Source: Sulfolobales archaeon
GTDB lineage: Archaea; Thermoproteota; Thermoprotei_A; Sulfolobales; NBVN01
NCBI GenBank assembly: GCA_038841535.1
Contig: JAWBTQ010000002.1
Location: 32,001 to 96,000 of the forward strand
Length of the DNA: 64,000 bases
Direction of reading: 5' to 3'
Below, one piece after another: positions 38,341 through 48,974 of the stretch. A program made the translations under genes and the position numbers. The notes below the pieces were generated by a model. That model searched no databases and had not been told where the DNA came from. It saw only the letters and a program-made list of their open reading frames with translations. Within the stretch, counting starts at the first letter, position 1, and every line of letters begins with the position of its first letter.

Positions 38341-39323
38341 TTGAGCCTCACCCTGGGGTCTAGATAAGCGTAGAGTAAGTCAATTACGTAGTTCGTGACC
38401 AAGAAGGCCGCGAGTACGAGTATGAAGAACCCCTGTAGAAGCGGGTAGTCTCTAGTTGAGACAGCCTCGTACATTAGTCTACCGAGTCCCTCCCAAGAGA
38501 ACACGGTCTCAGTCATCACAGCGCCTGTGAGTACTCCAGCTAACTGCAGACCTACTATAGTTGCGAAAGGTGGGAGTGCCGCTCTGAACACGTGTCTCCT
38601 TATCACAGCGTCTTCGCTTAATCCCTTGGCCCTAGCTACGTAGACGAAGTCTTCCTGAATGAGCGACAGCATGGAGTTCCTCACTATTAGGAAGTTATAG
38701 CCTATCTGAATGAGAGTTAGGACTGCGAACGGTAAAGTCATGTGCCATGCGTAGTCAAGTACTAGGTCTAACAAACCTTCATGTACTCTCGTAGCAGTTA
38801 TGGTTCCACCAACCGGGAACAAGCGTAAATTCACTGAAAGGAGCATTATGAAAATCATACCGAGCCAGAATGTCGGTATTGAGTATGTCACTAAAGAAAA
38901 AGCAGTTAGAGAAGAGTCTAACTTAGAGCCGTACCTCCTGGCTGAGGCAAGCGCTAGTAGGAGTCCTACAGCTATTGCCGCAGCAGTAGATGAGCCTACG
39001 AGGACTAGGGTATTGGCCATTCTTCTCCCAAACATTATCTCGGTTACTGGCCTCCCGTAGTAAAGCGAATAGCCGAGCTCACCAGTGAATACGTTAACTA
39101 TGTAGACGAAGAACTGCTCGTAGAGGGGTCTATCCAGTCCAAGCCTCTGCTTGAGGAGCTCCCTAGTCTGTGGGTGTATTCTCGGGCTTTCAAGTAGGAA
39201 TGCCGTGGGGTCCCCCGGCATGGCCCTAAAGAGGAAGAAAGCTATGCTTATCAAAATAAAAAAGGATACTAGGGTTTGGAATGCTCTCGCGGCAGCATAT
39301 CTTGGCAGACCCACGTCAGCCAC
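38337..39323 (-). CDS. dppB: Peptide ABC transporter permease (DppB-like)
   Basis: MPGDP, ARAKGL, ETVFSWEGLG, LDPRVR. Confidence 0.9.
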   Translation of the reverse strand: MADVGLPRYAAARAFQTLVSFFILISIAFFLFRAMPGDPTAFLLESPRIHPQTRELLKQRLGLDRPLYEQFFVYIVNVFTGELGYSLYYGRPVTEIMFGRRMANTLVLVGSSTAAAIAVGLLLALASARRYGSKLDSSLTAFSLVTYSIPTFWLGMIFIMLLSVNLRLFPVGGTITATRVHEGLLDLVLDYAWHMTLPFAVLTLIQIGYNFLIVRNSMLSLIQEDFVYVARAKGLSEDAVIRRHVFRAALPPFATIVGLQLAGVLTGAVMTETVFSWEGLGRLMYEAVSTRDYPLLQGFFILVLAAFLVTNYVIDLLYAYLDPRVRLK

Positions 39324-39348
39324 CTAGGTCTTACTACGCACTCACCGC

Positions 39349-41319
39349 TTACCGCATTCTCCTACCCAGGAAAAACATTAGTGCCCCTATCACAACAACG
39401 GCTAATACAGTAGCGACCACTAGCTCTGGTGGTGTGTAAGGCACCTCCACCCTAGTGGTGTAGGTCACCCCCACGGGTGCGGTTAACGTGATGGAGACTG
39501 TCTGGATCACTGTTACAGTGGTTGGTAGAGTAGGTGTCGTTATTATGGGTGGTAGTAGCTCAGTATAGGGTAGCTCTGGTGCGAGCTTCCTGAAGTTTCC
39601 ATTGATTAAAGTCCAGAAGTTTAGTGCTCCACCTGGCATGTCTACTACACCGGATAATTCTTTTCTGTATACTTGTATCCAGTACCTAACGTATATGGGC
39701 AGTATCGGCAGCTCCTCTGCTAGTATGAGTTGTAGGCGCTTGTAGAGGTCCGCTCTAGCTCCCTCGTCGGGTTCTGCTTCAGCTTTCCTCAGCATATCCT
39801 CGAACTCCTTGTTAATGAAGCCCCACGGGTTGTTCCCGCCAGGTACAGCTTGCTCCTCTACGTAAAAGGATGAGTAGTACCATGGCATGAAGTTCGCATC
39901 GTTCTCTATTATGTACAATTGGAACTTAAGCTGGTTGTAGACGTAGTCAATCATCGTGTCAAAATCTAGGGGCACGTTTTTAGCTCTAACACCTATCTTA
40001 CCTAAGTTCTCGACCAGCAGATCTCCGATTCTCACCCTAACCGGGTCGTATTCCGGTGTGTATATAGTGACCTCGAACTTCTCGCCGGTGGGAGACTCTC
40101 TCCAACCGTCCTTATCGACATCCTTGAACCCTGCCTCATCGAGGAGCTTAGACGCCATAGTGAGGTCAAAGTCGTATCTAGGGACCTCTAAGTTTACCCA
40201 GAACGTGAAACCCGGGTGGACGAACGTGTGTACTTTCTCGGCGAAGCCTAGCATTAGCGTGTTGATTATGAAGCTCTTGTCTAAAGCGTGGGCGATGGCC
40301 TTCCTAAAGTTCTTGATCCCCGTGATCGAGTCTCTCAAGTTGAATCCTATGAACCCTACGTAGACATCCGGGCTCCTTGGGACAACGAGGTTTGGATCTC
40401 GCATAGCCTCGTCCAGAACGGCGTACGGAGCAGTCCACATCATTATATGAGCATCTCCTTTCTTTACAGCTAGGTACTGTGCTTCGTCTGTTGCGTAAAC
40501 CTTGAATATGAGTCTCACAGCCCTCGGAAAGCCCGTCTTGAAGTACTGCGGATGTTTCACTAGATCTAGGAGCTCACCCTCGACCCATCTAGCCAGCATG
40601 TAGGGTCCGGACCCTATCCTAAGGTGACCGTATTTACTCACGAAGTCCTTCGTTTTTGATGAGATCTCTTTTGGTTCTACAGACTCTATCCTCCTCAATA
40701 CTTTTTCTATGTCTGATGAACTGAGTGGGTTAAAGAATGTTGGGTCGTCGAATATGTCGGCTACGTGTGCCCATATGTGCTTAGGCAGTATTATCATGTA
40801 CCCAAAGGTTCTAAGTATCCATGCGTTAAACCTTGACAGATACACTCTGACGGTATATCTATCTAGTACCTCAACCCTCTCAATAAATTCTACCGACGGG
40901 TACCATGATGGAGGCTGATGCTTCTTATAGAACTCTATGGTAAAGGCCAGGTCTTCGGACGTAATCGGGTTACCATCATGCCAATAAGCAGTCTCAACAA
41001 GCCTGAAGGTCCAGACTAAGCCTTCAGCACTGCGCTCATAGTATGAACAGAGCCACGGATGTGGGTCTAGATCTGGTCCTTCTCGAAAGAGTCTATCGTA
41101 GGTAACCAAGTTGAGCCACCAGTCATACCACGTCTCCTCCCTGAGTGGGTTAGGGTTCTTAATGTACTTCATCGAAGCCACTATGAGTGTTTCTTCTACT
41201 TGCCCTAGTAACGCAGCTGGTATCGCAGATACCACAACTATTAGTAGTAGAAGGGAGAGTGCTGTCATTTTATTGAACAACCTACCGATATCCGTTGTAA
41301 ACACCAGAAAATATTGCAT
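39349..41319 (-). CDS. dppA: Peptide ABC transporter substrate-binding protein (family 5), membrane anchored
   Basis: WHDGNPITSEDL.FT, IGSGPY, DVDKDGWRE; Thr-rich stalk and C-terminal TM. Confidence 0.9.
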   Translation of the reverse strand: MQYFLVFTTDIGRLFNKMTALSLLLLIVVVSAIPAALLGQVEETLIVASMKYIKNPNPLREETWYDWWLNLVTYDRLFREGPDLDPHPWLCSYYERSAEGLVWTFRLVETAYWHDGNPITSEDLAFTIEFYKKHQPPSWYPSVEFIERVEVLDRYTVRVYLSRFNAWILRTFGYMIILPKHIWAHVADIFDDPTFFNPLSSSDIEKVLRRIESVEPKEISSKTKDFVSKYGHLRIGSGPYMLARWVEGELLDLVKHPQYFKTGFPRAVRLIFKVYATDEAQYLAVKKGDAHIMMWTAPYAVLDEAMRDPNLVVPRSPDVYVGFIGFNLRDSITGIKNFRKAIAHALDKSFIINTLMLGFAEKVHTFVHPGFTFWVNLEVPRYDFDLTMASKLLDEAGFKDVDKDGWRESPTGEKFEVTIYTPEYDPVRVRIGDLLVENLGKIGVRAKNVPLDFDTMIDYVYNQLKFQLYIIENDANFMPWYYSSFYVEEQAVPGGNNPWGFINKEFEDMLRKAEAEPDEGARADLYKRLQLILAEELPILPIYVRYWIQVYRKELSGVVDMPGGALNFWTLINGNFRKLAPELPYTELLPPIITTPTLPTTVTVIQTVSITLTAPVGVTYTTRVEVPYTPPELVVATVLAVVVIGALMFFLGRRMR

Positions 41320-41532
41320 TTAAAATCTTTTAAACCTTGAAATTACAAGCAGTTTCATCAAAGCTGACTAATAAGCTTGCACGAATAAATATAGGATACT
41401 AGTTGATGACAGATCTATGAGCGCTGTCGCGATCCACCGTACTGCACTATGAGGAAAGCTCTGCGTACGAGAGTGTGAAGTTAGTTGTTTGTGCTTAAAG
41501 GTACCGAAGTACAAGAACAATAGGCATGAAGC

Positions 41533-42429
41533 ATGAGCTCATCTTGGGTTTTAAAGAAGAGAGCTGCTTACTTAGAGGGTTTCATATCTACGTTGGTTAA
41601 CTTAGCCTTATTTTTAGTTAAGTACTTCGTTGGTATTGTGTTCAACTCTGTAGCTATTGTTGCGGATGCTTTTCACACTCTATCCGACTCTCTAACTTCT
41701 ATCGTTCTCGTAGCTGGGTATAGAGTTGCCGATAAGCCTGCCGATAGAGAGCACCCGTTCGGACATGGTAGAGCTGAAACCGTAGGAGGACTTATCATAG
41801 GTGTATTACTCAGCGTTGTTGCGTACAGTTTTACGGTATCTAGCTACGAGAAGCTCTTGACTGCAGTCCCCCTCGAGTACTCAGACATACTTATAGTAGT
41901 GCTAATCGCTTCGACGATCTTTAAGGCCGCCCTAGGCCTTTGGGCTTATAGACTCGGTGGGAAACACGAGAGTCAGCCGATAGTGGCAGATGCCTGGCAT
42001 CATGCTAGTGATGCTATAGCTACCGCCCTACTGGCAGTAGCCATATATGTCGGCAAAGACTACTGGTGGCTAGATGCTGTACTAGGAATAGCTGTTTCAG
42101 CACTTATTTTCATAACAGCAGCTAAAATAGTCTATGAGAGCTCGTCAGAGCTGCTCGGGAGGTCTCCTAGCAGAATAGAGTTAGACAGACTCGTAGAAGC
42201 TGTGCGAGAAGCCTATCCCGCGGTAAAGCGGGTTCACCATATACACTTCCACAAATACGGAAACCATATAGAAGTAACACTACATATAGAGCTACCCGGT
42301 GGGACACCACTCCGGGAAGCTCATGAAGTAGCAACTAAGATCGAGAATGCTGTGAGGAGTAAGTTAGGATATGAAACAACGGTACACGTAGAGCCGGGAG
42401 GAGAGCTCGTAAAAGACCATGTTGACTAG
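41533..42429 (+). CDS. Cation diffusion facilitator (FieF-like)
   Basis: ADAFHTLSD, HPFGHGRAE, ADAWHHASD, TVHVEP. Confidence 0.92.
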   Translation: MSSSWVLKKRAAYLEGFISTLVNLALFLVKYFVGIVFNSVAIVADAFHTLSDSLTSIVLVAGYRVADKPADREHPFGHGRAETVGGLIIGVLLSVVAYSFTVSSYEKLLTAVPLEYSDILIVVLIASTIFKAALGLWAYRLGGKHESQPIVADAWHHASDAIATALLAVAIYVGKDYWWLDAVLGIAVSALIFITAAKIVYESSSELLGRSPSRIELDRLVEAVREAYPAVKRVHHIHFHKYGNHIEVTLHIELPGGTPLREAHEVATKIENAVRSKLGYETTVHVEPGGELVKDHVD

Positions 42430-42599
42430 TCGAATTCTCAGAGCGATATACCGAGTCTCTTGCCTACCTAGACCCTAAAATTTAGAGTAGGTCAAATCGG
42501 GTAAGTAAGACCCGCATTAAACTGGTTCTTTAACACGTGCTTATCCCAAGATTTAATTATCTGCTTTAAATGTTCTTGAGGGGGTTTACGTGTCCCTCT

Positions 42600-43560
42600 A
42601 TGTGCGCTGGGTGTAGTCGAAGGAAGTTGAGCTAAGCTATAGGTTTCTGAGTAGGAGTTCTTTGAAAGCCGTAGTTCTTGTTCATGGAAACCTCTCTTCT
42701 TCCGCTATATGGGAGGACGTTATGAGAGCTGTTAAGGAGGACTTTGATGTACTCGCACCAGATCTAAGGGGTTTTGGTAATAGTGGGAGGGCTCCTGTCG
42801 ACGCTACGAGAGGTCTTAGGGATTTCTCAGAGGACTTGCTTGAGCTCCTCTCTATACTCGGCTATAAAGGCTACGTTATGGTTGAGCACAGTATGGGAGG
42901 TGGCGTAGTCCTTCAAGCCCTACTTGATGCTCCTAGTAGTGTTAGAATCAAGAAGGTAGTACTCGTGGACCCTATCTCTCCATACGGATATGGGGGGACT
43001 AAGGACGAATTCGGAACACCATGTCATAGTGACTATGCCGGCTCTGGTGCTGGGCTAGTTCTGAGGTATAACCCCGATTCCGTTAACTTGCTGAAAGCTA
43101 AGTACACGGGAGTAGACCACCCTTCAGCTCCAGAAAATGCCATTAAGTCTCTATTTGCTGACGATTTCGTCATCAGTGAACAACTTCAAAAGAAGCTTCT
43201 AGACATGCCGTTTAGTGTAGAAGTAAGTGTAGATAATTACCCTGGAGATTATGTGGAGAGCCCGAACTGGCCTTATGTGGCACCCGGCACTAGAGGAGTT
43301 CTCAACGCTATGTCCCCGAAGCATATGAACATCTACAAAGTGGTTAACGCTCCATTAAAGCCCCCCGTTCTCTTGGTTCACGGCAGCAAGAATATAATTA
43401 TCTCAGATATGTCACTACTAGACCTAGATGTCCTAGGAACGATGGGCTTCGTCCCGGGGTATCCCGGTCGAAATGTATTCCCATCCCAACCTATGGTTAG
43501 CAGATTAAGGTGTTTCTAGAACCAGAGTAGCTAGTGACATGCTCATTCCGTCTTAGTCAA
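42600..43560 (+). pseudogene. Alpha/beta hydrolase, probably decaying (residual ORF 42662-43519)
   Basis: VHGNLSS and APDLRGFG are present, but the nucleophile elbow reads EHSMGG (G to E). The ORF ends without an obvious catalytic His and the N-terminus appears disrupted. Confidence 0.6.
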
Positions 43561-43845
43561 TACTGTGTCCACTAACTTTCGAGCTCTGCCAATACTTGTG
43601 ACTCCCAGCGAGTGCCTTATCCACTCTCTTTATACTGAAGGCGATGTTGTTGGATTAGACCTAGTTTCCGATCCAAACGCCGCGATGGGGGTAAACTCAG
43701 ATAACAATACTGCACACGCTTGACCAACCACTAATAGGAGCCAGCTCGCAGAGCAGACTTGCTAGTTTGTGACTATAGTACTTAAATTCGTTAAAACTTT
43801 TTAAGCTCTCGTCCAATGAGTATAAAGGGACCACGGTGACCTGTT

Positions 43846-44979
43846 ATGGTTAAAGAAAAAGTTCCCTTTCTAAGGCGTATGGCTTATGCTGCTACTACTG
43901 CCGTAATTCTTCAGAGTGTTTGGATAGGCGGTGGTTTCGGGTCTGGAAGAGAGATAGTCGAGTTCATAGCTAAATACGGTTCTTTTGCGTGGGCATCCAT
44001 TGTGGTATCGGCTGTAGCACTAGCGTTAGCACTCATCCCCTCCCTAGAGATAGCCAGAGTATTCAAGGCATATGACTACATGACATGGTCAAAGCAGTTC
44101 TTGTGGAGGTTTTGGTGGGTGTTCGACATATCCTTCATAGTTCTCGCATGGATCGTCATAGCTGTTGTTGGCGCTGCCGCCGGCTATATGCTCTCAGACA
44201 TCGCGGGCATACCGTTTGCTGTATCGGCCACGATTGTAATAGTCGTAGTAGGAATACTCCACTTCTTCGGTAGGAAGGTTATTGAAGCATACTGGATCGT
44301 AGGAACCATCGGGCTTTATGTCATGTACTTTATAATTTGGAGCTACGTTCTAATGGCTGTTGGAGTCAAAGCCTTCGAGAACCTGAGGGCGGGACTCTAC
44401 ATGGGGACGTTCTCAGAGGCTATCGTTGACGGGTTTAGGTATACCCTTTACAACCTGTGCGTAGTAATGCCTGCTCTAGAGTCCGTCGATAGGTATAAGG
44501 GGAGAGCAGAAAGCCTTATAGCCACGCTACTAGCAGTTTTACTGGTCTACGGTGCCGCTACGGCGATATGGATATGCTTTATGGCTTACTACCCAGGGGT
44601 CGTAGGTATGACTGTGCCATGGTACGACATCCTTAAGAGTATGGGAGCGTACTGGGCACTAGGGATATACGTATTCTGGATATTCTATACATTGGTTGAA
44701 ACAGCTTTGGGTATGGTATATGCTATTGTGAGAAGGGTCGACGCCCAGCTGCGGCTTCGCGGAAAGGCGTTGGGAAGAGTCGGAGAAGCCGTGTTGTCAG
44801 TTATCATATTGGTGGTGTCTATAGTAACAGCTCAAGCAGGTCTGGTAGCACTTGTAGCAGCCGGTTATGGCACGATGGCGTGGGTCTTCTTCGGTGTATA
44901 CTTCCTTCCCATGATAGCCATAGGCTTGCCGAGACTGATAAACCCAAGTTGGAAGAGGGAGTTCTGGGCTAAAGCTTAG
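43846..44979 (+). CDS. YkvI family membrane protein (APC-like amino acid transporter)
   Basis: IGGGFGSGREIVEF, ETALG, LVAAGYG; about 10 TM. Confidence 0.85.
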   Translation: MVKEKVPFLRRMAYAATTAVILQSVWIGGGFGSGREIVEFIAKYGSFAWASIVVSAVALALALIPSLEIARVFKAYDYMTWSKQFLWRFWWVFDISFIVLAWIVIAVVGAAAGYMLSDIAGIPFAVSATIVIVVVGILHFFGRKVIEAYWIVGTIGLYVMYFIIWSYVLMAVGVKAFENLRAGLYMGTFSEAIVDGFRYTLYNLCVVMPALESVDRYKGRAESLIATLLAVLLVYGAATAIWICFMAYYPGVVGMTVPWYDILKSMGAYWALGIYVFWIFYTLVETALGMVYAIVRRVDAQLRLRGKALGRVGEAVLSVIILVVSIVTAQAGLVALVAAGYGTMAWVFFGVYFLPMIAIGLPRLINPSWKREFWAKA

Positions 44980-45149
44980 CGGAGATTTATAGCGACTCGC
45001 TAAAAATATAACCGTACTAACCTTTTTCTGAGTACACTCACATGGATGATTCATTCCGCTTTTAAGTAGCTTAGGCCAACGTGTTTAACAAGAGAATTCT
45101 GTTGAGTAAGTAGACCACTAAGGTCTCGTTAAATAGTCTTAGGAAATTG

Positions 45150-45720
45150 AGGAAAGTGCTTCAGACCCGCGCTCGTAACACGAGCATCTTGAGGTTACGA
45201 GAATTGGAGCTGGAAAACCTCGAGAAAGTAGTTGAGAGTTATAGATGCCCTCACACGCGGGGAGGTTGCGGCCGCGGCGCTAAAGGACTTTGAAAGGGTA
45301 GGAGCTGAGTTTCTAGGGAGTGTACCCATAATAACCGCCCCCGATCTCTATACGAGATCCTCTCTACTTACGTGAACGCCTGCGGAGACGCTATAGCGGC
45401 AACGTATGTGGTAAGAGTCTGTGGTTACAGGGTTAGTAGCGCGGAGAGTAGACTACTAGAGCTTGTAGCTGTTTCTTTTCTCTAGGTTTCTGTAGGTCTC
45501 TCTACGGCTCTTGGAGCTCTTGGTGTAACCAGGTATACACAAACGTTAGCGAGTACCCTGCGTCTATAAACTGTAGTCGGTGACCCCTAGCTCCCGAGCT
45601 CTCTCCCCACGGTCTATCGTAGGTCTCGTGGGGAAACCGTGATGGATCACTTGGGAGAAAACTAAAAACCTTGGGATGGGAAACAGTGTCTATCCCCAAA
45701 TCCGTACATGCTTTAATCCC
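45150..45720 (+). pseudogene. Decayed tnpB C-terminal half followed by a structured 3' end
   Basis: Fragments in TnpB order: LELENLEK (RuvC-II), YVNACG/NVCGK (VNP..TS..C..CG), SWCNQ..EYPASIN (zinc finger/RuvC-III); strong stems at 45591-45699. Confidence 0.55.
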
Positions 45721-45819
45721 GGTTATACCTCGTTTTTGCCGAATCCATTCCTACTTCCTTCTATGTGCGGATTCATGCGCTAGTGTCTGTTTTGAGATAA
45801 TGCTTCAGGAGGAGGTCTC

Positions 45820-46818
45820 ATGGTTCCGGCGGCATTAGCTAGTTCGGTGTTATACATCGTACTATGCGGAGTAGCTCGTATCGGTATGGGGTCAATAGAG
45901 GTGGGGTCTGCCGCAGGCTATTTAGGAAAATTTTTGAGCGAGGAACTACGTTTACGGGGGCGCAAGGTGATAGTCGGCAAGCTGGGGCGTCTAGAGCTCG
46001 GAGATGGCCGACCAGTGCGGATAGCTGGCGTCATAAACGTCTCTCCGGAATCCTTCTATAAGGGGTCCGTAGTGCGACCGGAGGAAGCTGGTGGTGTGGC
46101 AGTTAGAATGGTCGAAGAGGGAGCTGAATTAGTGGACATAGGTGGGAGGTCGACTGCTCCGTATTTGAGGACTGACATACCCTTAGAGGAGGAGGTCAAG
46201 AGGGTTAGGGAGGCTGTCAAATCCGTCAAGGACGCTGTCAACGTCACGGTGTCTGTGGACACTTTTCGGGCTAGGGTCGCAGAGGAAGCCCTCAGATTGG
46301 GTGCTGAGGTAGTAAATGACGTAACTGGTCTGAGGGATGACGAGGGGATGATCAGAGTTCTAAAGGAGTACCGGCCTTCACTGATTGTGTGTGCTAGGGA
46401 GGTTAAACCAGGAGTAGGTAGACCTATAGACAGAGTTGTTAGAGCTCTAGCTGAGACTCTCGAGTTGTTGCGTAGAATAGACTACGATATAGAGAAAGTC
46501 GTAGTAGACCCCTGTATCGGGTTCTTTAGGTATCCTGACATTCCCTGGTATGTCTGGGACCTTAGCGTGATAGCTAGCTTAAGAGAAATGAGAACTCTAG
46601 GTAGACCTATAGCGATCGGGGTCTCTAGGAAATCGTTTATCGGAGTGCTCACAGGGCGCGATAAGCCCGAGGAGCGACTCTACGGCAGTTTAGCGCTAAC
46701 AGCAATCGCTGTACTAAACGGTGCCAATATGGTCAGAACGCACGACGTACTTCCAACCAAGGACGCCGTTAGAGCCATAGAAGGTTACGTGAGGTACGCA
46801 GGCCAGCAACTAACATAG
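45820..46818 (+). CDS. folP: Dihydropteroate synthase (true start likely 45886 or 45967)
   Basis: GVINVSPESF, DIGGRSTAP, SVDT, VNDVTG, DPCIGF, GVSRKSFI, VRTHDV. Confidence 0.9.
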   Translation: MVPAALASSVLYIVLCGVARIGMGSIEVGSAAGYLGKFLSEELRLRGRKVIVGKLGRLELGDGRPVRIAGVINVSPESFYKGSVVRPEEAGGVAVRMVEEGAELVDIGGRSTAPYLRTDIPLEEEVKRVREAVKSVKDAVNVTVSVDTFRARVAEEALRLGAEVVNDVTGLRDDEGMIRVLKEYRPSLIVCAREVKPGVGRPIDRVVRALAETLELLRRIDYDIEKVVVDPCIGFFRYPDIPWYVWDLSVIASLREMRTLGRPIAIGVSRKSFIGVLTGRDKPEERLYGSLALTAIAVLNGANMVRTHDVLPTKDAVRAIEGYVRYAGQQLT

Positions 46819-46852
46819 TCGTCAGTCAATCCATGTTTACGCATTAATTACG

Positions 46853-47647
46853 CTAAGACGATACTCTAAGGTCTCTTTCGATTATTTCAGCAACTCTCTT
46901 ACCTGAGAGTAGCATGGAGCTAAATATCGGGCCCATTCTCGGGAGTCCGTATAGTGCGGCAACAGACATCCCAGACACGTATAGCCCGGGTAGCACTCTA
47001 CCAGTGTTTTCTACTACCAAGCTCTCGGACTTCTCTGAATAAGCTGCTTTCTCACCTGCTAGCACTAGGTTCACACCGGGGACTTTTTTCGATACCACTC
47101 GTAGTACTTCTGCATCATGACCTGTAGCATCAACTACCGCCCTACTTCTAACGAATAGGGGGTCAACGTGTAGTCCTGACAGGACTGCGGCACTCCATTG
47201 AAGCACCACACCCTCGACTCTAATAGGACTCTCTCTATAGATTACGTCCTCAACGTGAAGTCCGTGAATTATCTTAGCACCCGCATCGATAGCGCCCACA
47301 GCTAGTTTTGCCATAAGCTCTGAAGCGTCTAAGATGTAGAGGTTCTCTTCATCGTCTCTCGAGTACTTGACCTTAAACTCATCTAGTATCTGGGTAACTC
47401 TATCGTCAACAACTATCTTGTGTAAGAGCATGCCTCCTCCTCCTATTCCTCCACCAAAACTAAGCCTTCGCTCGAAGATGACCACTTTAAATCCTCTTTC
47501 AGCTAAGTACTTAGCTGCCGTCATACCTGAAGGACCCGCACCGACTACTGCGACATCAACTTTAGCTAGGTCTAGCCAATCTCGAGCTGTATTTCTCCAG
47601 ATCGCCCTAGAGATCCTCTCCTCAAGGCTCCTCATAGCCGTCACCAA
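46853..47647 (-). CDS. thi4: Sulfide-dependent (non-Cys) thiazole synthase Thi4
   Basis: [21 protein letters not shown] (His at the Cys position), [19 protein letters not shown]. Confidence 0.93.
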   Translation of the reverse strand: MVTAMRSLEERISRAIWRNTARDWLDLAKVDVAVVGAGPSGMTAAKYLAERGFKVVIFERRLSFGGGIGGGGMLLHKIVVDDRVTQILDEFKVKYSRDDEENLYILDASELMAKLAVGAIDAGAKIIHGLHVEDVIYRESPIRVEGVVLQWSAAVLSGLHVDPLFVRSRAVVDATGHDAEVLRVVSKKVPGVNLVLAGEKAAYSEKSESLVVENTGRVLPGLYVSGMSVAALYGLPRMGPIFSSMLLSGKRVAEIIERDLRVSS

Positions 47648-47822
47648 GGAATATGTGCTCTTGTGTAAATAAGCAGATAAGCTCGGTAGGGAGCAATCTG
47701 AAGAATTGTGTAATAATAGAGAAGCTTTTTAACCATAGAATACCTTAAGACACCAAAAGCACTGCGTAAACGAGGAAAAACCTGGGTAAAGCTTTAACTT
47801 TCCGCTAGAGTTACTTAGTGTT

Positions 47823-48974
47823 TTACTCCATTAACTCCCAAGCTCTCGTAAGCGGTCTTAAACCATCTTCGGCAACTATGAAAGTGTCTTCAAGCTTCAA
47901 GGTTCCATACCCCCGCATTACGAGCGGTGAATGAACTAGAGCTAGCACCATCCCTCTTCTCGGTTCAGCGGCTCTGTGAGCTGGGACTATAGTAGTTATC
48001 GGGTACTCCTCCACCTGAAGCCCGACTCCATGTAGGTATCCGACGAGTCTCTTATCGAGAAGCCCGTACTTCGTGTAGACAGTGTCTAAGTGGCTGATCA
48101 CTTGAGTAAACTTAGTCCCAGGTTTTGTGAGATCTTTAGCTACCTCGTAGACTTCTCGCACGCATTTGAGTGCGTTATCGACTTCCTCTGTCTTAGAACC
48201 AATGAAAGTCGAAGCTGAAGTATTTGCGTAATACCCATTGAAGTCCGAGCCAACGACAACTGTTACAAAGGTATTCTTTCTTACTCTAACTTCTCTAGAA
48301 GGTTCTGAGTGGACCCTGGGGTGAGGACCCGCGTTTACGTATACGTGCGGTTCCTCTGAGCCAAGCTTGTACGCTAGGTAATATGCTTCAGCAGCTATGT
48401 CTGTTTCAGAAACTCCCTCACTAACAGATGAAATAGCTTTCTCGAGTACTCTACTAGAGATGTCACTAGCTCTCGATATAGCGTCCAGCTCGAAAGATTC
48501 TTTAATAGCTCTCATCTCTCCGAGAATCCGACTGATGTCCACTACCTCAACACTTCTGTTAGCCCTCTTGAACATCTCGTAGAACAGTACGTACGAGTCT
48601 CTCTCGACGCCGAACACCATACCAACTCTTTTAGACCCGAGAGAACGCACTAGAGCGCTGACTTTTCCCATAAGGTCACCCCCCTCTACGTATGTTACGA
48701 CCTCCAATTTCTTTAGCTTAACCCTCTCTAGAAAGCCGTCTTCTTCACCTTTTGCTATTAACGCTATTGGAGAACCTTCTGCTGGCACCAGTAGTGACGG
48801 TCTCAACCACTTAGCACCTACTAAGTACTTGAAGTCCGATTGCGTTCTGATGATAGCGCACTCAATACCGTTCTCAACGAGACTTTTTTGAAGCTTTCTT
48901 ACTCTCTCTTCGAAGACTTCCTGCGGCATTAGCATTTTTCCATCCCTACTGTTGCTTACTGAAAACTCTAACAC
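47823..48974 (-). CDS. M24 (Xaa-Pro peptidase family) protein; start probably 48935
   Basis: Creatinase N-domain, MRAIK..E, HGVGLQVEE, LEDT; some metal ligands are divergent. Confidence 0.8.
   Translation of the reverse strand: MLEFSVSNSRDGKMLMPQEVFEERVRKLQKSLVENGIECAIIRTQSDFKYLVGAKWLRPSLLVPAEGSPIALIAKGEEDGFLERVKLKKLEVVTYVEGGDLMGKVSALVRSLGSKRVGMVFGVERDSYVLFYEMFKRANRSVEVVDISRILGEMRAIKESFELDAISRASDISSRVLEKAISSVSEGVSETDIAAEAYYLAYKLGSEEPHVYVNAGPHPRVHSEPSREVRVRKNTFVTVVVGSDFNGYYANTSASTFIGSKTEEVDNALKCVREVYEVAKDLTKPGTKFTQVISHLDTVYTKYGLLDKRLVGYLHGVGLQVEEYPITTIVPAHRAAEPRRGMVLALVHSPLVMRGYGTLKLEDTFIVAEDGLRPLTRAWELME

Noticed and set aside
41400-41455. Possible C/D box sRNA starting TTGATGA
   Set aside because: No convincing CTGA D or D' boxes at the expected spacing.
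43560-43780. Weak stems and a DVVGLDL reading as another tnpB relic
   Set aside because: Single short motif with an ambiguous assignment and no colinear support.
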